From Priapulus caudatus (taxonomy: Eukaryota), in assembly GCF_000485595.1 (NCBI RefSeq), contig NW_014577069.1, positions 147,746 through 194,571 of the forward strand: a stretch of 46,826 nucleotides of DNA, read 5' to 3'. The notes under the pieces are model-generated. The model was not told the origin of the DNA. It made no database searches and worked only from the letters and a program-made list of their open reading frames with translations. The position numbers were made by a program, and so were the translations under genes. Positions 1 through 14,755 of this stretch are shown here, in pieces. Numbering within the stretch: position 1 is the stretch's first letter; every line of letters begins with the position of its first letter.

Positions 1-626
1 TGTGTGTGTGTGGGTGTGCGTGTGCGGGTGTGTGTTCATATTTACCGCGCGCGAAGAGAAAATGTTTGCCCCGCAACTCGGTAGCCGGGCTGTGCCGTGT
101 CACGTGCCATGCACTGAGGAGCGCTGAGTGGTTGGCGAGTGAATAGCGTTTGTTAGCAAACGCGGTCGCAAGCTTGCTCTTCTTCTCACGCTATTAGCTG
201 CTTAACTACCGCTCGCTTCATAAACTACACAAAGCGCTCCGTCGCGACTGCTTGACGTGAAAGCCTAACTTGGTACCTGATTTACGGTGTTTCGTCGCTA
301 CGTTTATTACCACTGCCTGCCATTGTCAGGTGCGACTGTAATGCGAGTTCTCTTGATGAACATCCCCCCTCCCCCTACCCGCGCGGCTCACCTCACTACC
401 CCCGTGACAATTTCAGAAGATCTCTTACCATGTCGGCAAACAACGCAGACAAGCGCCCGTAAGCTTTTAAAAAAAACTCGTCAGGGAATTCTTGACACAC
501 CCACGCCGCAGGTTTCTACCGTCGGTGGCCCCATCTCCACATCTTCCCTCGCGCTTTAGACGTTCTGGGTGTAATTCCTTCCTGCATGCCTTATCACTCC
601 CCGTAGCTCCCGCCGTTGCCACTTAC

Positions 627-877
627 CTCCTCGTCTATGGAGAAGAACTTCCAGCTTTGTGCGCCGAACGTGGTGATGTTCTGGTAGTAGACGAACTCTC
701 CTTTCTCCCATTTGTAGAGAGGAGACGCCTGCTCGGCATCGTCCTTCGAGCTCTCGCAAGCTAGCATGAGGAAGGTACCCTGGTCGGGAAGCGTGAACAC
801 CTCGGCATCTGAGCAGGGGGAGGGAGTTCTGATCTCCTGGTATACGTCAATGTAGTCCATCTCTTCGACTCTGTCTT
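627..877 (-). CDS. TSPEAR: TSPEAR-like exon F, first EAR/EPTP repeat region
   Basis: Acceptor ctttcaacag|AA, donor GAG|gtaagt, 251 nt, phase 1 to 0. Encodes (Q)[83 protein letters not shown], with the EAR signature YKW...F...Q.I.T..A..W..F.I. Confidence 0.95.
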
Positions 878-3440
878 CTGTTGAAAGGTTAATAACATCC
901 GTCAAGATATGGCATGTGATTTATATCGGTTTATATTATAAAACGTTCGCAAATCTATGTGTTGAGTGATTACAGTACAAAAATAACTAACACAAATGTT
1001 GTTGGGTTTGTTTAGCATCACGATGGTTGATCATGGCGATAGCTATACTTACTGAATTAAAAACTGCGGCTATATAACACTGCTATAGTTTCTTTAGATA
1101 TCACAAATATGTATTAATGTCATTACTGATGTTTGGTTTAGGTTGGTATGTTGCTCGAGAACGAAATACATGATATGTACCAAGACGAAGATATGGGGGA
1201 ACAGGCAAGAAACAGGTGACGACAATGCGTGCGTATCTAGTAAAGGTGAAGCAAACTAACCAATACATGTGACAGACAGAGACAGTGCATTGTGCTACAT
1301 TCTAAACATGAGAAGACAACATTAACAACAACATACAGACAGCATGAAACTATAATATAAGCAGTGCTTATAGTCTGCGCGGATTTCTTGTATTAACCTG
1401 ATAGCGAATTGCACAAGTGTCTATATGACATATATTGCAGAACTTCCATTTCATAATTATATTCCCTCTGCTTTCGTGCTCATTAGATACGCCTGACAAT
1501 CCCTTTAGTAGATATTGAAACGCACCGGCAGGGATTAGCATTATTCTATATTATATAGGCCCATGTTAAGTGTTATTGAGGAAAATTTGCGAGGCGTGCA
1601 TTGATACCTAGCTCTAGAAAGATATACGCCGAGAATGTTCATGCAGAGGCAAAGGCGACAACATCATGCATGCGTACACTAATTGAATCTACCCGCATCA
1701 CTTACACGCGTGTAATTAGCTAATAGTGTCGCCGAATATATATATAGTTAGATTTCTTCTCTAGGACGGCGTTGGAAGTGCTATGTCGCAGCTTCCGATG
1801 ACTTTGTAGCTAAAAAGCTGCCGTTTTGTGGGGGCTTTCAGTTTTAACTTCATTGTGAAGAGTTTTTCATCGGATGATGTGATTGCAGGAACTCATCGTT
1901 AAGGATCTGCCGCATTCCGAATGCCGAACTCGAGGAGAGGTGATTTTGTGTCCATACGTTTGAGTCTACAGTAAAATGAGAGGTAATGTGCTCGCCATAC
2001 GTGGGGCTATGGGTAGAGCCCTAGGTAGAGCCATAGGTAGAGCCATGGGTGGGTGGAGGTATGATTACCTAGCATATCTCATAAACCTAACACCCAACTA
2101 CAACAACTAACGTTATGCCGTTAACGCTAACCATAACCCTAACAATAACCATAACCCTAACAATAACCATAACCCTAACAATAACCATAACCCGAACTCT
2201 AACCACAACCGTAACCCCAACCATAACCATAACCCTAACAATAACCATAACCCGAACTCTAATCACAACCGTAACCCCAACCATAACCCTGACTCTAAAC
2301 ATAACTAAAACCATAACCCTGACTCTAACTCTAACCATAACCGTTACCCTAACCATAACCCTAACCCTAACGTTAGCCCTAACCCTAACCTCAACCGTAA
2401 CCTTAACCCTATGGATATCAATATGATGGCCCTCCTAGGCCACCAAATGTCTGTCCCCTCTTACTTGCAACGCGTGCATATTATTTAAGTATACATGAAT
2501 GTTACCGTGGTAATAATGTCACCCGTGTCGGTGTACACCTGCGACTAAAATACGTGTTTTTTTTCTTTACCGGAATTGTGTTGTCGAATAAAATTAGCGT
2601 CGTTTATGGGACGCAAACGCACTGTCAACCAATACCACCACACCCATATATAATATATATATATATATATGGTGACATCTCGTCGCTGAGCTAGTCTGTT
2701 TATGCTTCTTTACTAGCTATATATTAGCTCATCAGTCAGCATGGGGTAGTCGTTGCTGCGAGCCTCTCACGCTTCGCTGCCGTAGCTCCTAGCTAGCTAG
2801 CGTTTACACGTTCCTTCACGATGCCTTGTGATCCGCGTTACCTCTCACGCACATTTTGGTGTCCAAGTGATTCATTCATACTACTGATGGATTTCCGAGT
2901 GCTGGAGTTTTCTTAGACTTCTTCGCCGCTGCACCGCGGGGATCAAAATCTCTCTCTATATATATAGTACAACAAAAGGCCGACGAATAATAAATAAATA
3001 TATATATGTATTCGTCGGCATTTTTGTTGTTTACAGGGATGAAACCTGTTTATTGCGGATGGCTGTAAAAGCTATGGCCGGAGACCTGATTGTAAAACTT
3101 TTTCGCGTCAGCCATTTTAATTGCGACAGACGGACGTAAGTCAATCTCCACTTTACTCCAATTATAAGAACCTCGCTGTTGTTACGAGACACCGGATGAT
3201 CTTTAACCTGTATATGCACGCGGGCATATAGCATAAGCTTGTGTGGAGCGGGCTGTGTGTGTGTGCGTGCGTGGCCGTTGCGTGCGCTGGCGTGCGCGTG
3301 TGTGTGTGTCGTGCGTGGCGTGTTGAGAGAGAGAGAGAGAGAGACGCGAAGAGAGGAGAAGAGAGAAGAGAGAGAGAGAGCAGATGAGGAGAGAGACCGA
3401 GAAGACGAGAGAAGAGAGTGTGTGTTGCTGTGTGTGTGTG

Positions 3441-3485
<45 letters not shown>

Positions 3486-4277
3486 GCGTGTGCAACACGC
3501 AGCATGAACTACGCGGCTTAGAGTGTACGCAGTACTATAGAGCGAGTTTCGCGTTGCCACCATTGTTTTGATTTTCATAGTCAGGAACGACGCTCTGTAA
3601 CGCTGAGAGTTTAGCGACAGCCAAATCGGCGCGGAAAGTTTCGAATTTGCACGTTCCGTAACTCAATCGCTGTTCCATCTTGGCGATAGACGGGCGAACC
3701 AGGAATTTGCGGAGACTTGCAGATTGAATACGAGAACATTTTGGCTAACAGCCACTTTGCTAGTAGGTCAGTATATCATCAGTGGCCGGACCTCGGACGT
3801 ACAGCGCGTAGGCGCTCAGTTGAATGTATAATAAACGCGGCATGAAGTTGATAAATCTCGGTCGCGTGCCCCTCGTGGTTGACGCAATCTCGCAGAGCGA
3901 CATTCAAATCGACGAATTTATTTTAAGAAGGCTGTATTTGCGGAAATTGCCGCCCGATAGAGAATCCGATGCGCGACACACGCCGATATACACACGGTCA
4001 TTCTTTCCTCACTTTGCATCTATCATCTATCTATCGTATCTATATCTATCTATCTAAATCTATCTATCTATCTATCTATTCTATCTAATTCTATCTATCT
4101 ATCTATCTGATCTATCTTCTATCTATCTATCTATCTATTTCTATCTATCTATCTATCCATCTATCGTAGTCTATTATCTATCTTATCTATCTATCTATCT
4201 ATTCTAATCCTATTTATCTATCTATTATCTATCTATCTATCCTTATCTTATTCTATCTATCTATCTTATCTATCTAT

Positions 4278-4308
<31 letters not shown>

Positions 4309-4445
4309 ATCTATCTAAACTAACTATTTATCTATCTATCTACATCTACTCTATCTAATCTATCTATCTATCTATCTATCTTTACTATCTATCTATCCAT
4401 TCTATCTATCTATCTATCATATCTGACTATCTATCATATCTATCA

Positions 4446-4479
<34 letters not shown>

Positions 4480-4480
4480 C

Positions 4481-4531
<51 letters not shown>

Positions 4532-4979
4532 CTTCTATCTATCTATTCTATCTAACTATTTATCTATTTTACTATCTATTATTTACTATCATCTATCTAT
4601 CCTTCACCATCCATCCATCCATGCCATCCATCCATCCATCCATCCATCCATACCATCCATCCATCCATCCATCTCCATCCTCCTCCATTCCATCCATCCA
4701 TGCCATCCTCCAATCCTCATCCATCCATCCATCCATCACATCCTCTAAATCGATATCTACTAGCCTAACCTACATAGCCTACCTACCTCATCATCTAATT
4801 CTATCTCATCTATCTATCATCTTTACATTCTATCTATCTATCTATCTATCTAATCTATCTATCTATCTATCCTTATTCTATCTATCTATCTATCTATCTA
4901 ATCCTATCTATTATCTAACACATCTCATTTCTCTCTCTCTTTCTCTCTCTTCTCTCTCTCTCTCTCTCTCTGCTCTCTC

Positions 4980-5028
<49 letters not shown>

Positions 5029-6685
5029 ATAATATATTAGAGAGAGAGAGAGAGACGAGAGAGACGAGAGGAAGAGAGAGAGAGAGAGATATGCAAGGAG
5101 CTCATCATTGCCTTCAGTCATCACAGCGTTAGAGTCAAGGATCTACACACGGCCGCGTGTCGGTGTTATTGACACCGACGTCGGAAAGATGCCGCTGCGG
5201 CAAGTTCATTTCTCAGTAAATAGTTCTAAAATGACTAATAAAACCACGATGCGGCGGTGACAGACTCAGTGAGACGAGTGTAAGTGGTCGGCAACATATT
5301 AACCCTCTCTCTCGCTCCGTCTCTCTCTCTCTCTCTCTCTCGCTTTCTCTCAGAAACATGTGGCGGGCACATGGCAAGACTTCGTCGTACACCTATTACC
5401 CGAGCAAGCGGCTAAGTTAGCTGCGAATGCGGTTGATGTTGCCGACTGCATCGCTTTACCAAACAAATACCGAGATGACAAAATTAAAACGCGGACGTCT
5501 TCGATTTTTTTTTCACATTACACGAAACGATATCAACCCCATAAAAATGCCACGTTAGATTAGTTTCTGAGATAGGGCGCCCTTTCAGGTGAGTGCTAGT
5601 ATTGGTGGGAGCATGTTTATGTGTTTGCATGGGAAAGTGCCGATAAATAGGGGAATATTTCTTTAGGAAATAGGGTAATGGCTGCATTCAGAGCTTGCTT
5701 TTGTCCGTTATGTTGTATAGTTGACGTGAACCACACACGAGCTGAACTTAATTAGAACTTTTCTAGCTTGCTTTCGCGTCGATTACCATAAAAGCAAAAA
5801 AAACGGAAGAGTTATAGCGTATCATGCGCCGATCCCCTTCTGAACGTCTCATTACAAACGCGAAATCTTATTTAGATGTGAGAACAAAGCAAAGGATTTA
5901 CTGATAACGCGTATACTCTGATACGTAGCAATGATTGACTACTAAAATCTTAATGTAACCTGTGTATTATTGTGAACAATACACACCATGGTTTACTATG
6001 AAACACGTAGCATTTTCCTGACTTAGGTTTCAACATGCTACCATTTCCGCAAAGCCACTGAGCCTTTTTTTAAGAGGATCTGTAAAATGCGGGCATCGGA
6101 GTATTGACTTGTCTATTTATAATAACACCGATGCGACATATCTTAATAATTATATGTAGTTTAAAATTTGATCGTTTTTTTCGAATTTCAAGATTTTTCG
6201 GGGAATTAGCGGAGAATGCTATTTTGTCGGAAGTAAGAGGACAAGATGGCAGGGGCAGCACTGACGTCGACGATGAAGACAACAGAACAGCTAAACGCAG
6301 ACGATTCTCTTAACATTCTACTATTTTGATCGTTTTTATGCCTTTGATTTAATTACTTTAATGCGATTAAACTTACAACGTGCAGACTTAGAATACATAA
6401 TGCATCTGTGATAGAGACTGCCGTATTACGTTAATGACGAACCATCATTAATCTTTCATATGCAAGCAAACTGAGGCTAGAACACGAGACAGTGTATGCT
6501 GTTATGTGCAGGGGATTTCGTGTAATATTAACCTGCGGTTAGTTACGCACTTTATGTACGTGAGATCCACCTGCAGATTATATTAGTCCTCCCGAGTTGC
6601 ACCGAAAAATAAAAGGCGTATTTATGAGCGCGCAGGGAAAATGGAGTTTAAAAGTGTTGAAGATTTTTATCGTGTGTTTATTTTA

Positions 6686-6730
<45 letters not shown>

Positions 6731-9700
6731 GGTTCGTATTACAGAGTAATGTTCGTGTCAAAATGATGACAAGATGCCCTAATCTTAATAAAAGCATTCC
6801 AGAAGAGACTGCCATCACAGTAATGGATGGCCAACGTTAGGATTCACAAATAAAAAAATATTTAAGTAAACATCGAATCTATTCACCAACCGCGGCAGGC
6901 TTGCAATTTTTGGGTGATTTCGCGATTTTTATCGGATATGTATTTTTTCCCGCGCCCGCGGCACCGGTTTCTCAGATCGCTGGAACCATGTGACTCGGTG
7001 AAGCCTTCTCTGTCTGCTTGCCGCTTCTATCGTGTGACGCATCAGGCTTCTCACGGGCTACCATAGTATACTAATGCGTGTATGTATGCGTATAAACTTA
7101 TGTATGCATGTTAGCGCGAATAATCCTTGATATTCCCGTCTTCTTATCGAACGAGCAGTTCATTCCCTATTTCAACTCGCGTGTGTTCGCAACAAAGAGA
7201 CCCCGTGCGCTGCACTACCGTTTTATTTCCTTAATTTGTCCGTCCATCAGGCGCGCTTGTAAAGCTTTATAAAAGAAGAATCTCCGCTATGAAGCACGTT
7301 CATAGCGGGAACGGGCCGACTTCTTGAAACTCTACACGCCTATAACCCTTTTCAACCGCAAATGAACACGTGGCAGCGAGGCAGGAGTCTGTCATCTCTT
7401 GGCACCAGGTCGCGCGGGATCTGTCAGCTGTCAGCTGAGGCCCTCTGCCCGCGTTGCTATGTCAGTACCGCACCCGGGTCGCTACGGGTTATGAACCGAT
7501 ATACTTTCTACAAGCAATAAAACCGCTGCGAGTCGCTACGAAAATGCGTCGTATCAGGAGGTGAATTGTGACAGACTTTCTGCCATCATTCACGCCTTGG
7601 TCGTATATATGCCGATTATCGGCCAAAAGGGTAACGTTTGCGTAAATTGCAGACAGAAAATCTCATTTTCTAAAATATCGCGTGGCGAGAGACAGACCGA
7701 CAGGAGCTAACTCATTTTGTCTGGCGGGGAAAAGCCACGTACTGACGGTGTTCTGGATAAGTGACCATGGGCAATTCACCCTTGAATATGTAACAGTATC
7801 TACATTTCTCGAGAGGGAGGTGACTCCCCCCTTGCCCCCACCTGCTAGCCAGAAATCCCCGTTCTATTGCTAACGATCGTAGTACATGGTTTCGTGATCG
7901 TCACGGTAACAACCCTACTCGTACATGAAGTGAAACTCTATCTAAAGTTCAATCGTGTATATGTGTCGAGACATGAATAACTTTAATACACAACGCATGT
8001 GTTTAATATTACGGATATGCAAGTTGTTTGATCGGGTTACGCGTAAATATAACGTACTTACGCTCATTTCGCGTAGGTTAGGGTTAGGGTAATATACATA
8101 CGAACGAAGAAAGTTTTGTGTCATTTCGTGTCAAAGATTCGTGTCGAAGAAAGGTATGCGACGTCGTTAGTATAGGTTGCTACATGTGGTAAGTTATCGT
8201 GCACTGCCACAGTATTTGTTCACGATATCTACTCAGTTTTGACATTATCTTCATTGTGGATCATCGTCATCGTCATCATCATCGTCATGGTCATCGTCAT
8301 CATCATCGTCATCCTCATCATCATTGTCATCGTTATTATCATCGTCATTGTGTTTATCTATTCCTATCGATTGTTCATCCATAATTGTTTTACACCGATA
8401 TATTTGTTCATATGATGCTCCCCTCTATAGCTGTGGCCAGGTCCCACTCGAATGTTTCGGTAATTTGGGGTTATTGTGCACGTGCTATTTGTAAGACGCC
8501 ACACCAGCAAACCTTCCCGCGCACATTTAATTTGTCCCGAACATTAAATTATACATTAGCACGCAATTTTCTATATTAGTCTACCTCATAGCAGGCAGGC
8601 AATGCTCATTTATATTAGAGTGAATTAACTATAGTGGCCCTATCGTTACAGGTAGGTAGACTCAAGTATAACCAGCCCAGGTTAGAGATAACCTGGCTTC
8701 CCAGAGAACCAACAGCCCAGTAAGAAGCCTTCATATAGGCTAGAAATAGCTTACCGGTTATTAGACTCGAGTTAGCGATAGCCAATAGTTAGATCCAGAG
8801 CTAGTCAGCTTTGACACCCGTCTCAGCTATACAGAGTTGACTAATTGACTACATCGCGTGCGCACACGTGCTGCGACTTAAAGAAATGTCGTGTTTTTTT
8901 CCGGTGATGATGAGGTTTACGAGTAACTTCGCTGCGGCTGCTATCGCCGAGACCGAGGTGGCGACAGCTGACGGACGCGGTGTGAGAAGGCGCTGCTCAT
9001 GTCATGTGGCAGATAGAGACGTCCGGTTGCAGTCTGTGCTATACTACGCTGACTGCAACTCAGTCATCTGCTCTCACATTGAATATAACCATCAACGTCG
9101 TCATTTGCGCGTCGCGCGTACTGGTATTGCAGCTTAATAACTATTATATTGGTATATTGGTGTATTGTATTGGCTTTATTGGGTGTAGGCGCCTACTTCT
9201 TTCTAATCTGGACTTTTGTGCATCTACAGAGAAACGTGCTGCGCGCATGGAGCCTTAACGCTGACAAACGCAAGACGCGTTTTTTTTGTAGAGCAAAGCA
9301 GCTATATTCGGGTGGGAATCGAAATGTAAGCGTACACACGATATGGTACATAAAAAAGCACCTCTCTACACAACTAATCAAGGCAGAGCGACAACGCCTA
9401 GCACTAATACTAGCAAAATGACGTCTCGCTGAGAGAGTATATCTCTATAATGAGTCGCTGTCTTCGCTCTAATAAGTTTGATATGCGGGTTATAATACCC
9501 ACACTAGCATATATAGCACGCGATCGCAAACCACATGGACAAGTATGTTTAGAAATGAGGCAGAAACCTTTTTATGCATTTCTCCTCAGCGTGCCATTTC
9601 ATTCTATTGCTGCTATTCATCATACCTGAGCGCCATCACGCAATGTGATTAGCAAAAGTAGAAAAGCAGACACGCGCTTGCGCGAGAAGGCGGGAAATCA

Positions 9701-12581
9701 AATGAAGGAACCATTTTAATATTTCAAACGAGATTTCACATCGGGAACAACATTATACTGCTCTCCTATAAACCGCGAAAGGAACGACCGACGTAATATG
9801 TGCAGACAGACAGACTCTCTACCACATAAGCGTTAGCAGTACTAATGTAGCGCTATGCCAATATCTACTGCCTGTCTGACTATCCCTCACAAAAACGTTC
9901 GTCGTTTCGTTCCACCATAGACGTTCGTAATTATGTGATAGTTATGTCGCACTTGTAAACCGTCACACATGCGTGCATGCAATGCCGACGAAAGAGCCGA
10001 GGGTGAAACCAATACCGGGGTAATATAAATGGATGCATGCGCGCATCTAACATATTTGTGCATGCACAAGCTGCGACGGACGCCACAGCGCGTCGCTTCT
10101 ATAACCGAAACTCGATTTGCGTGTGTACGCGCGTGCACGCACGTGCGCACTCGTGCCTTCAAAATCTGAATGTGTTATACGCCGCCTTTTAGCGAACAGA
10201 TATGCCGCAGCATTTCAACGGGGACTGCTACGGGCGATGTCGAAATGGGGCAGAGAATAGGTACAACAATAGGGCAGCCGAAGCGCGTGTACTTAAGACA
10301 GTGAATATATAACATTGATATAAGGGTTAATATTGATTATAAGGGCCATGAAGGTCAGAATCAATGCAGACGTGCCACTGACATGTGATTAGCAGCGGTC
10401 CGAAGCCATATACATCTAGCGATGTGCATGCTTGACCTCTGTGGACCTTTGTCCAGCGTGTCCCATTGATTTACTGCGGTCAGCATGCATGCCGCACGAA
10501 GACGAAGCCTCAGCGACGAGCACTAATAGCTTGCTACGTCGGCCGCCAGCACATCTGCTACTCTGCTTGCTGCCACATGACGCGACTACTACTGTCCTAT
10601 ACACAACATTGAACACGCACCCCACCCCGAACTATACAACTGTTGCGAGATAGCGCTCGCTGCCACGTTAGTGCAGCGCGTCGGGTCCGACGTATACGAA
10701 GTGGAGAAATATAGAGTCCTATAACCGCAGGCGTAATTGTGATGAAAAACAACAAAACCGTATATATTTTAAACGCGACGACGGAATCGTAGCTTAGAGG
10801 CGCGTTCACTCTAGCGACGACATTGGGGGGCCTAGCAATTTATTCTTAGAGTCTCTGCAGCTAGTCACTCCCACCATATATATATATATATATACCACAA
10901 TGTCACTGGTCATGCTGGGTCAGACCGATGCCCGGCAACCTGCTCGCTACTAGCCCCCACTGATTATAAACACCCTGGGATTATTCCGTCGGTGATTATA
11001 TATATATATATATAGTATATGTAGAAACATTTTGCGTGTAATTTGCACTTGCAGACAGAGGCTTAACGCAAATAAAGTAGTCGAATCTTTCTTCCAAAGT
11101 TTCCGTCATTGTTGGGGGAGGGGTAGATATTACCATACGATTACGTAACCATGAAAGTCGAGATATGAACTCTCTCGTCGACTAGTGTCGGAAGAGTTAG
11201 TAAAAGTTGGATTTCCGTAGGAAAACGTCGGCGTGCAATATCTAACACATGCAGATGCCAACTTTCCTGGTTCGCGTTAGCTTAGCAAGTCTCTTTAGCG
11301 AATTTATTGCTAGGCAACGCGGGGTAGCAGCGTAAGGAATTATAGCAGTCTAGAAACCGTGTAGCCGGAAGGTTTTATTAGTTTATTAGGAGTAATAAGT
11401 TTATTGGAAGGTACGAGGTTAATATCGAACCCTGGATGTTGCAGATAATTAACATTCGGACGTGTATTTCGCTACATATCTGCACATCTTTAAAGATGTA
11501 CGGCGTTTACAGTGATTACAGGTTTAAACATGTTTATTACGAAACCGTCTTGGGTTACAGTAGAAGAGGTGACTTCAGTTATCGTTTTGGCCAGAATGGC
11601 TAAATGAGGTTAAACAATGCACTCCGTTGTTCGTTACGTGAATGTAATGTGCGTGACCAGACATCTAACCGTAGCGCCATGACACTCGTGCAAGCGCGAA
11701 CACGTGAGCACGCACGCACGCACATGTAAGCACGCGCGCACACACGCCTTATATTAATGTTAACGATAACCTACTTGGCGTGCCCTCTTCGTAATGACTG
11801 GGCACTTTGTACCCGTCCATGTTTGCCTCCAGCGTGGCTGCATGTATAGCAAACAACCCGGCGTTAGATCTCACGTTAGATGACGAAGGCTATTAGAGAC
11901 GTAGTTTATCTACCCTGCTCGCACACGGTTCTCGACGTGACCCTACTCACCGAAATCAACCGAGAACCGAGAAGCGAGCGCGGGAACGTCGTGCAGGGTA
12001 GGGGCATCTGTGTCGGAGTCAGAGTATGCCGCCGAGACGGAAAGATTAAATATATATATATATATACATATATCAATAAATACATTGTAAATAAACGCGT
12101 GAAGGGTAACCACTTGTCGTGATCTCGCCAGCTACCGGTAGGCGGGGCTGCTAGGAGATGCTTATCTATGTATTCCGATAGGCATCGGTCGACGGTGGCC
12201 AGTCGGCGACAGTAGCTGGCGTCGGTGATGTTATGGAAGCAACAGGAGCAGAGATTAGTAAGGACGCGTCGTTAGCCACACAGTCAGATAGAGACATGCA
12301 CCCACGAAACCGACACCGCTTTATATAACGACGACAAGGTTAGAGTTACACGCTGTTATGAAAGTTATGTGCAAACACCCCACACGCACGGACGCACGAA
12401 CGCACGCACGCACGCACGGACGCACGGACACACGCACGGACGGACGGACGGGCGGACGCACGCATGCACGCACGCACGCACGCACGCATGCGCGGCCGCA
12501 CGGACGCACGCACGCACGTACGCACGGACGCACGGACGCACGTATGGACGCACGCACGCACGCACGAACGAACGCACCCTC

Positions 12582-12624
<43 letters not shown>

Positions 12625-14084
12625 CGCACACGCGCACGCACCTACGCACACGCACATATACTTGTGAGATCAGCATCTCATTATTGTTCAGTCCGTGCGG
12701 AGTGGCCTTATTGTTATATAGCTCTTAGGTCGATATGATACACGAGGAGTTAGTTAGGGATTGCGTGATGTTGCACGTACAAATCCTATATTGATACCTA
12801 AATTAGAGAACGAGCGTGCATAGATGCATGTAACGTTTATGAATCTAACCTAAATTTTATTGCACTCGCGTTAAAATTGTACGAGGCGTTTTCCAGATAG
12901 TAGGCATTACGGCTTTGATGAGATATCCAGCTGTCAGCTAGCTAACAATCCGGATAATCCAGCAACACCAATGACCATATGACCAATGACCAGAGGTAAC
13001 TTAGGCTTTCCCGATAATAGCTCTTCTATACTTGCGATAATATATTCCCATCTATTAGGCCTGATATTGTATTCTATTACGATTCGTGCATGCATTTCAA
13101 TTTATGATCCCCATAAAATTACCACACTGTTCATGTACGATCGTAAAGACAATAAAACATTATATTATTCACGATGACCATTAAGACAGCTTCCTATAAC
13201 GATAGCAATCACCGGTCCCGCTGGATTCTCTTTATACAAAATTTTCCAGCCGGATTGCCTCAAGGTTATCGCCTGATGAAAGCAGGAGCCACGTGATTAG
13301 GATAAAGAGTTGGCGAGCTGGATTGGCTCTCCTACAAGGAGCTACATATCAGACAATATTCCAAATCAAGACCCGATATTACTAATAACAGGGGTGAATA
13401 ATGACAAATTAATGACATTTAACATCATTCACCCCTGCTAATATTATAGCTCCTTGGCCTGCTATAGCGACAACACGACACGCGCGCTACCTGGTGGTAT
13501 ACTCACGTCTGAAGACGAATGGCTTCCACTCGCCGGCGTCGCACACCTTAATGTAGTGTTCGCTAGTGTCGACCATCACCTTGCCGTTATCCGTCTTCGT
13601 GCAGACGGAGTGAGGCTGCGGCGAAAACTGGAACGTCTCCTTGGTTTGACTGAGCGCTGAAATCACAAACACAGCGCGTTGAGCCCGTTGGTAAAGTTAG
13701 CCGATCCATAGGTCGCATGTATCCAGGATGGAAAATTTGATGTGGCACACTGAGATGCAGAGGGGACGTCTTTAAAAGGTGCGAGTACGCATGTCGAATG
13801 TGTGAAGTGCAGTGTGAATAATAAGTGTGAGTGTGAGTGTGAGTGTGACTGTGAGTGTGAGTGTGAGTGTGAGTGTGAGTGTGAGTGTGAGTGTGAGTGT
13901 GAGTGTGCGTGTGAGTGTGAGTGTGAGCGTGAGTGTGAGTGTGAGTGTGAGTGTGAGTGTGAGTGTGAGTGTGAGTGTGAATGTGATGGTAGGTGTGAGT
14001 GTCAGTGTGAGTGCGAGTGTCAGCGAGAGTGAAGCTGATATTGAGCCGAGCGTGAGCGCGTGTGCAGTGGATAGTATATATATA

Positions 14085-14152
<68 letters not shown>

Positions 14153-14590
14153 GCTAGTAAAGAAGAGCATTCCGCAGAAGCCGTCACAAAGTAACCAATG
14201 TGATCGTTCGGCGCGCAGGGCCACAAGCTTCACACTGAGACGAACTACCCGCACCCGCCATCGCCGGGGTGCTTACCCAGTGTAGCGTTTGCCGTCGGGC
14301 CTGGCGACGTCGAAGCTGGGAGTGTCCTGGCACGGGTCGCGGGGGCGCCAGCAGGAAGGATACGGTCTGGCGACCCCCGCCACTTCGCCGAGTAACGGCT
14401 CGGAACCACACCATTGTTGTAGAGCACGCTCCGGAACACGCAACCAGATTCTTGAGCAGCCCTAAAACACAAATACATATATGCACACGTGTATAATTAT
14501 GTATATGATTGTGTAGTATATAGCATAACTATATAAATAACTACAGTCAACCCTGTGTTGTTAGAGGACAAAAACACACATACACATACG

Positions 14591-14625
<35 letters not shown>

Positions 14626-14693
14626 CACACACAGGGTTCACACACACAGCTACCACCTATCAACACACACTAACACACACACACAGCACACGA

Positions 14694-14755
<62 letters not shown>

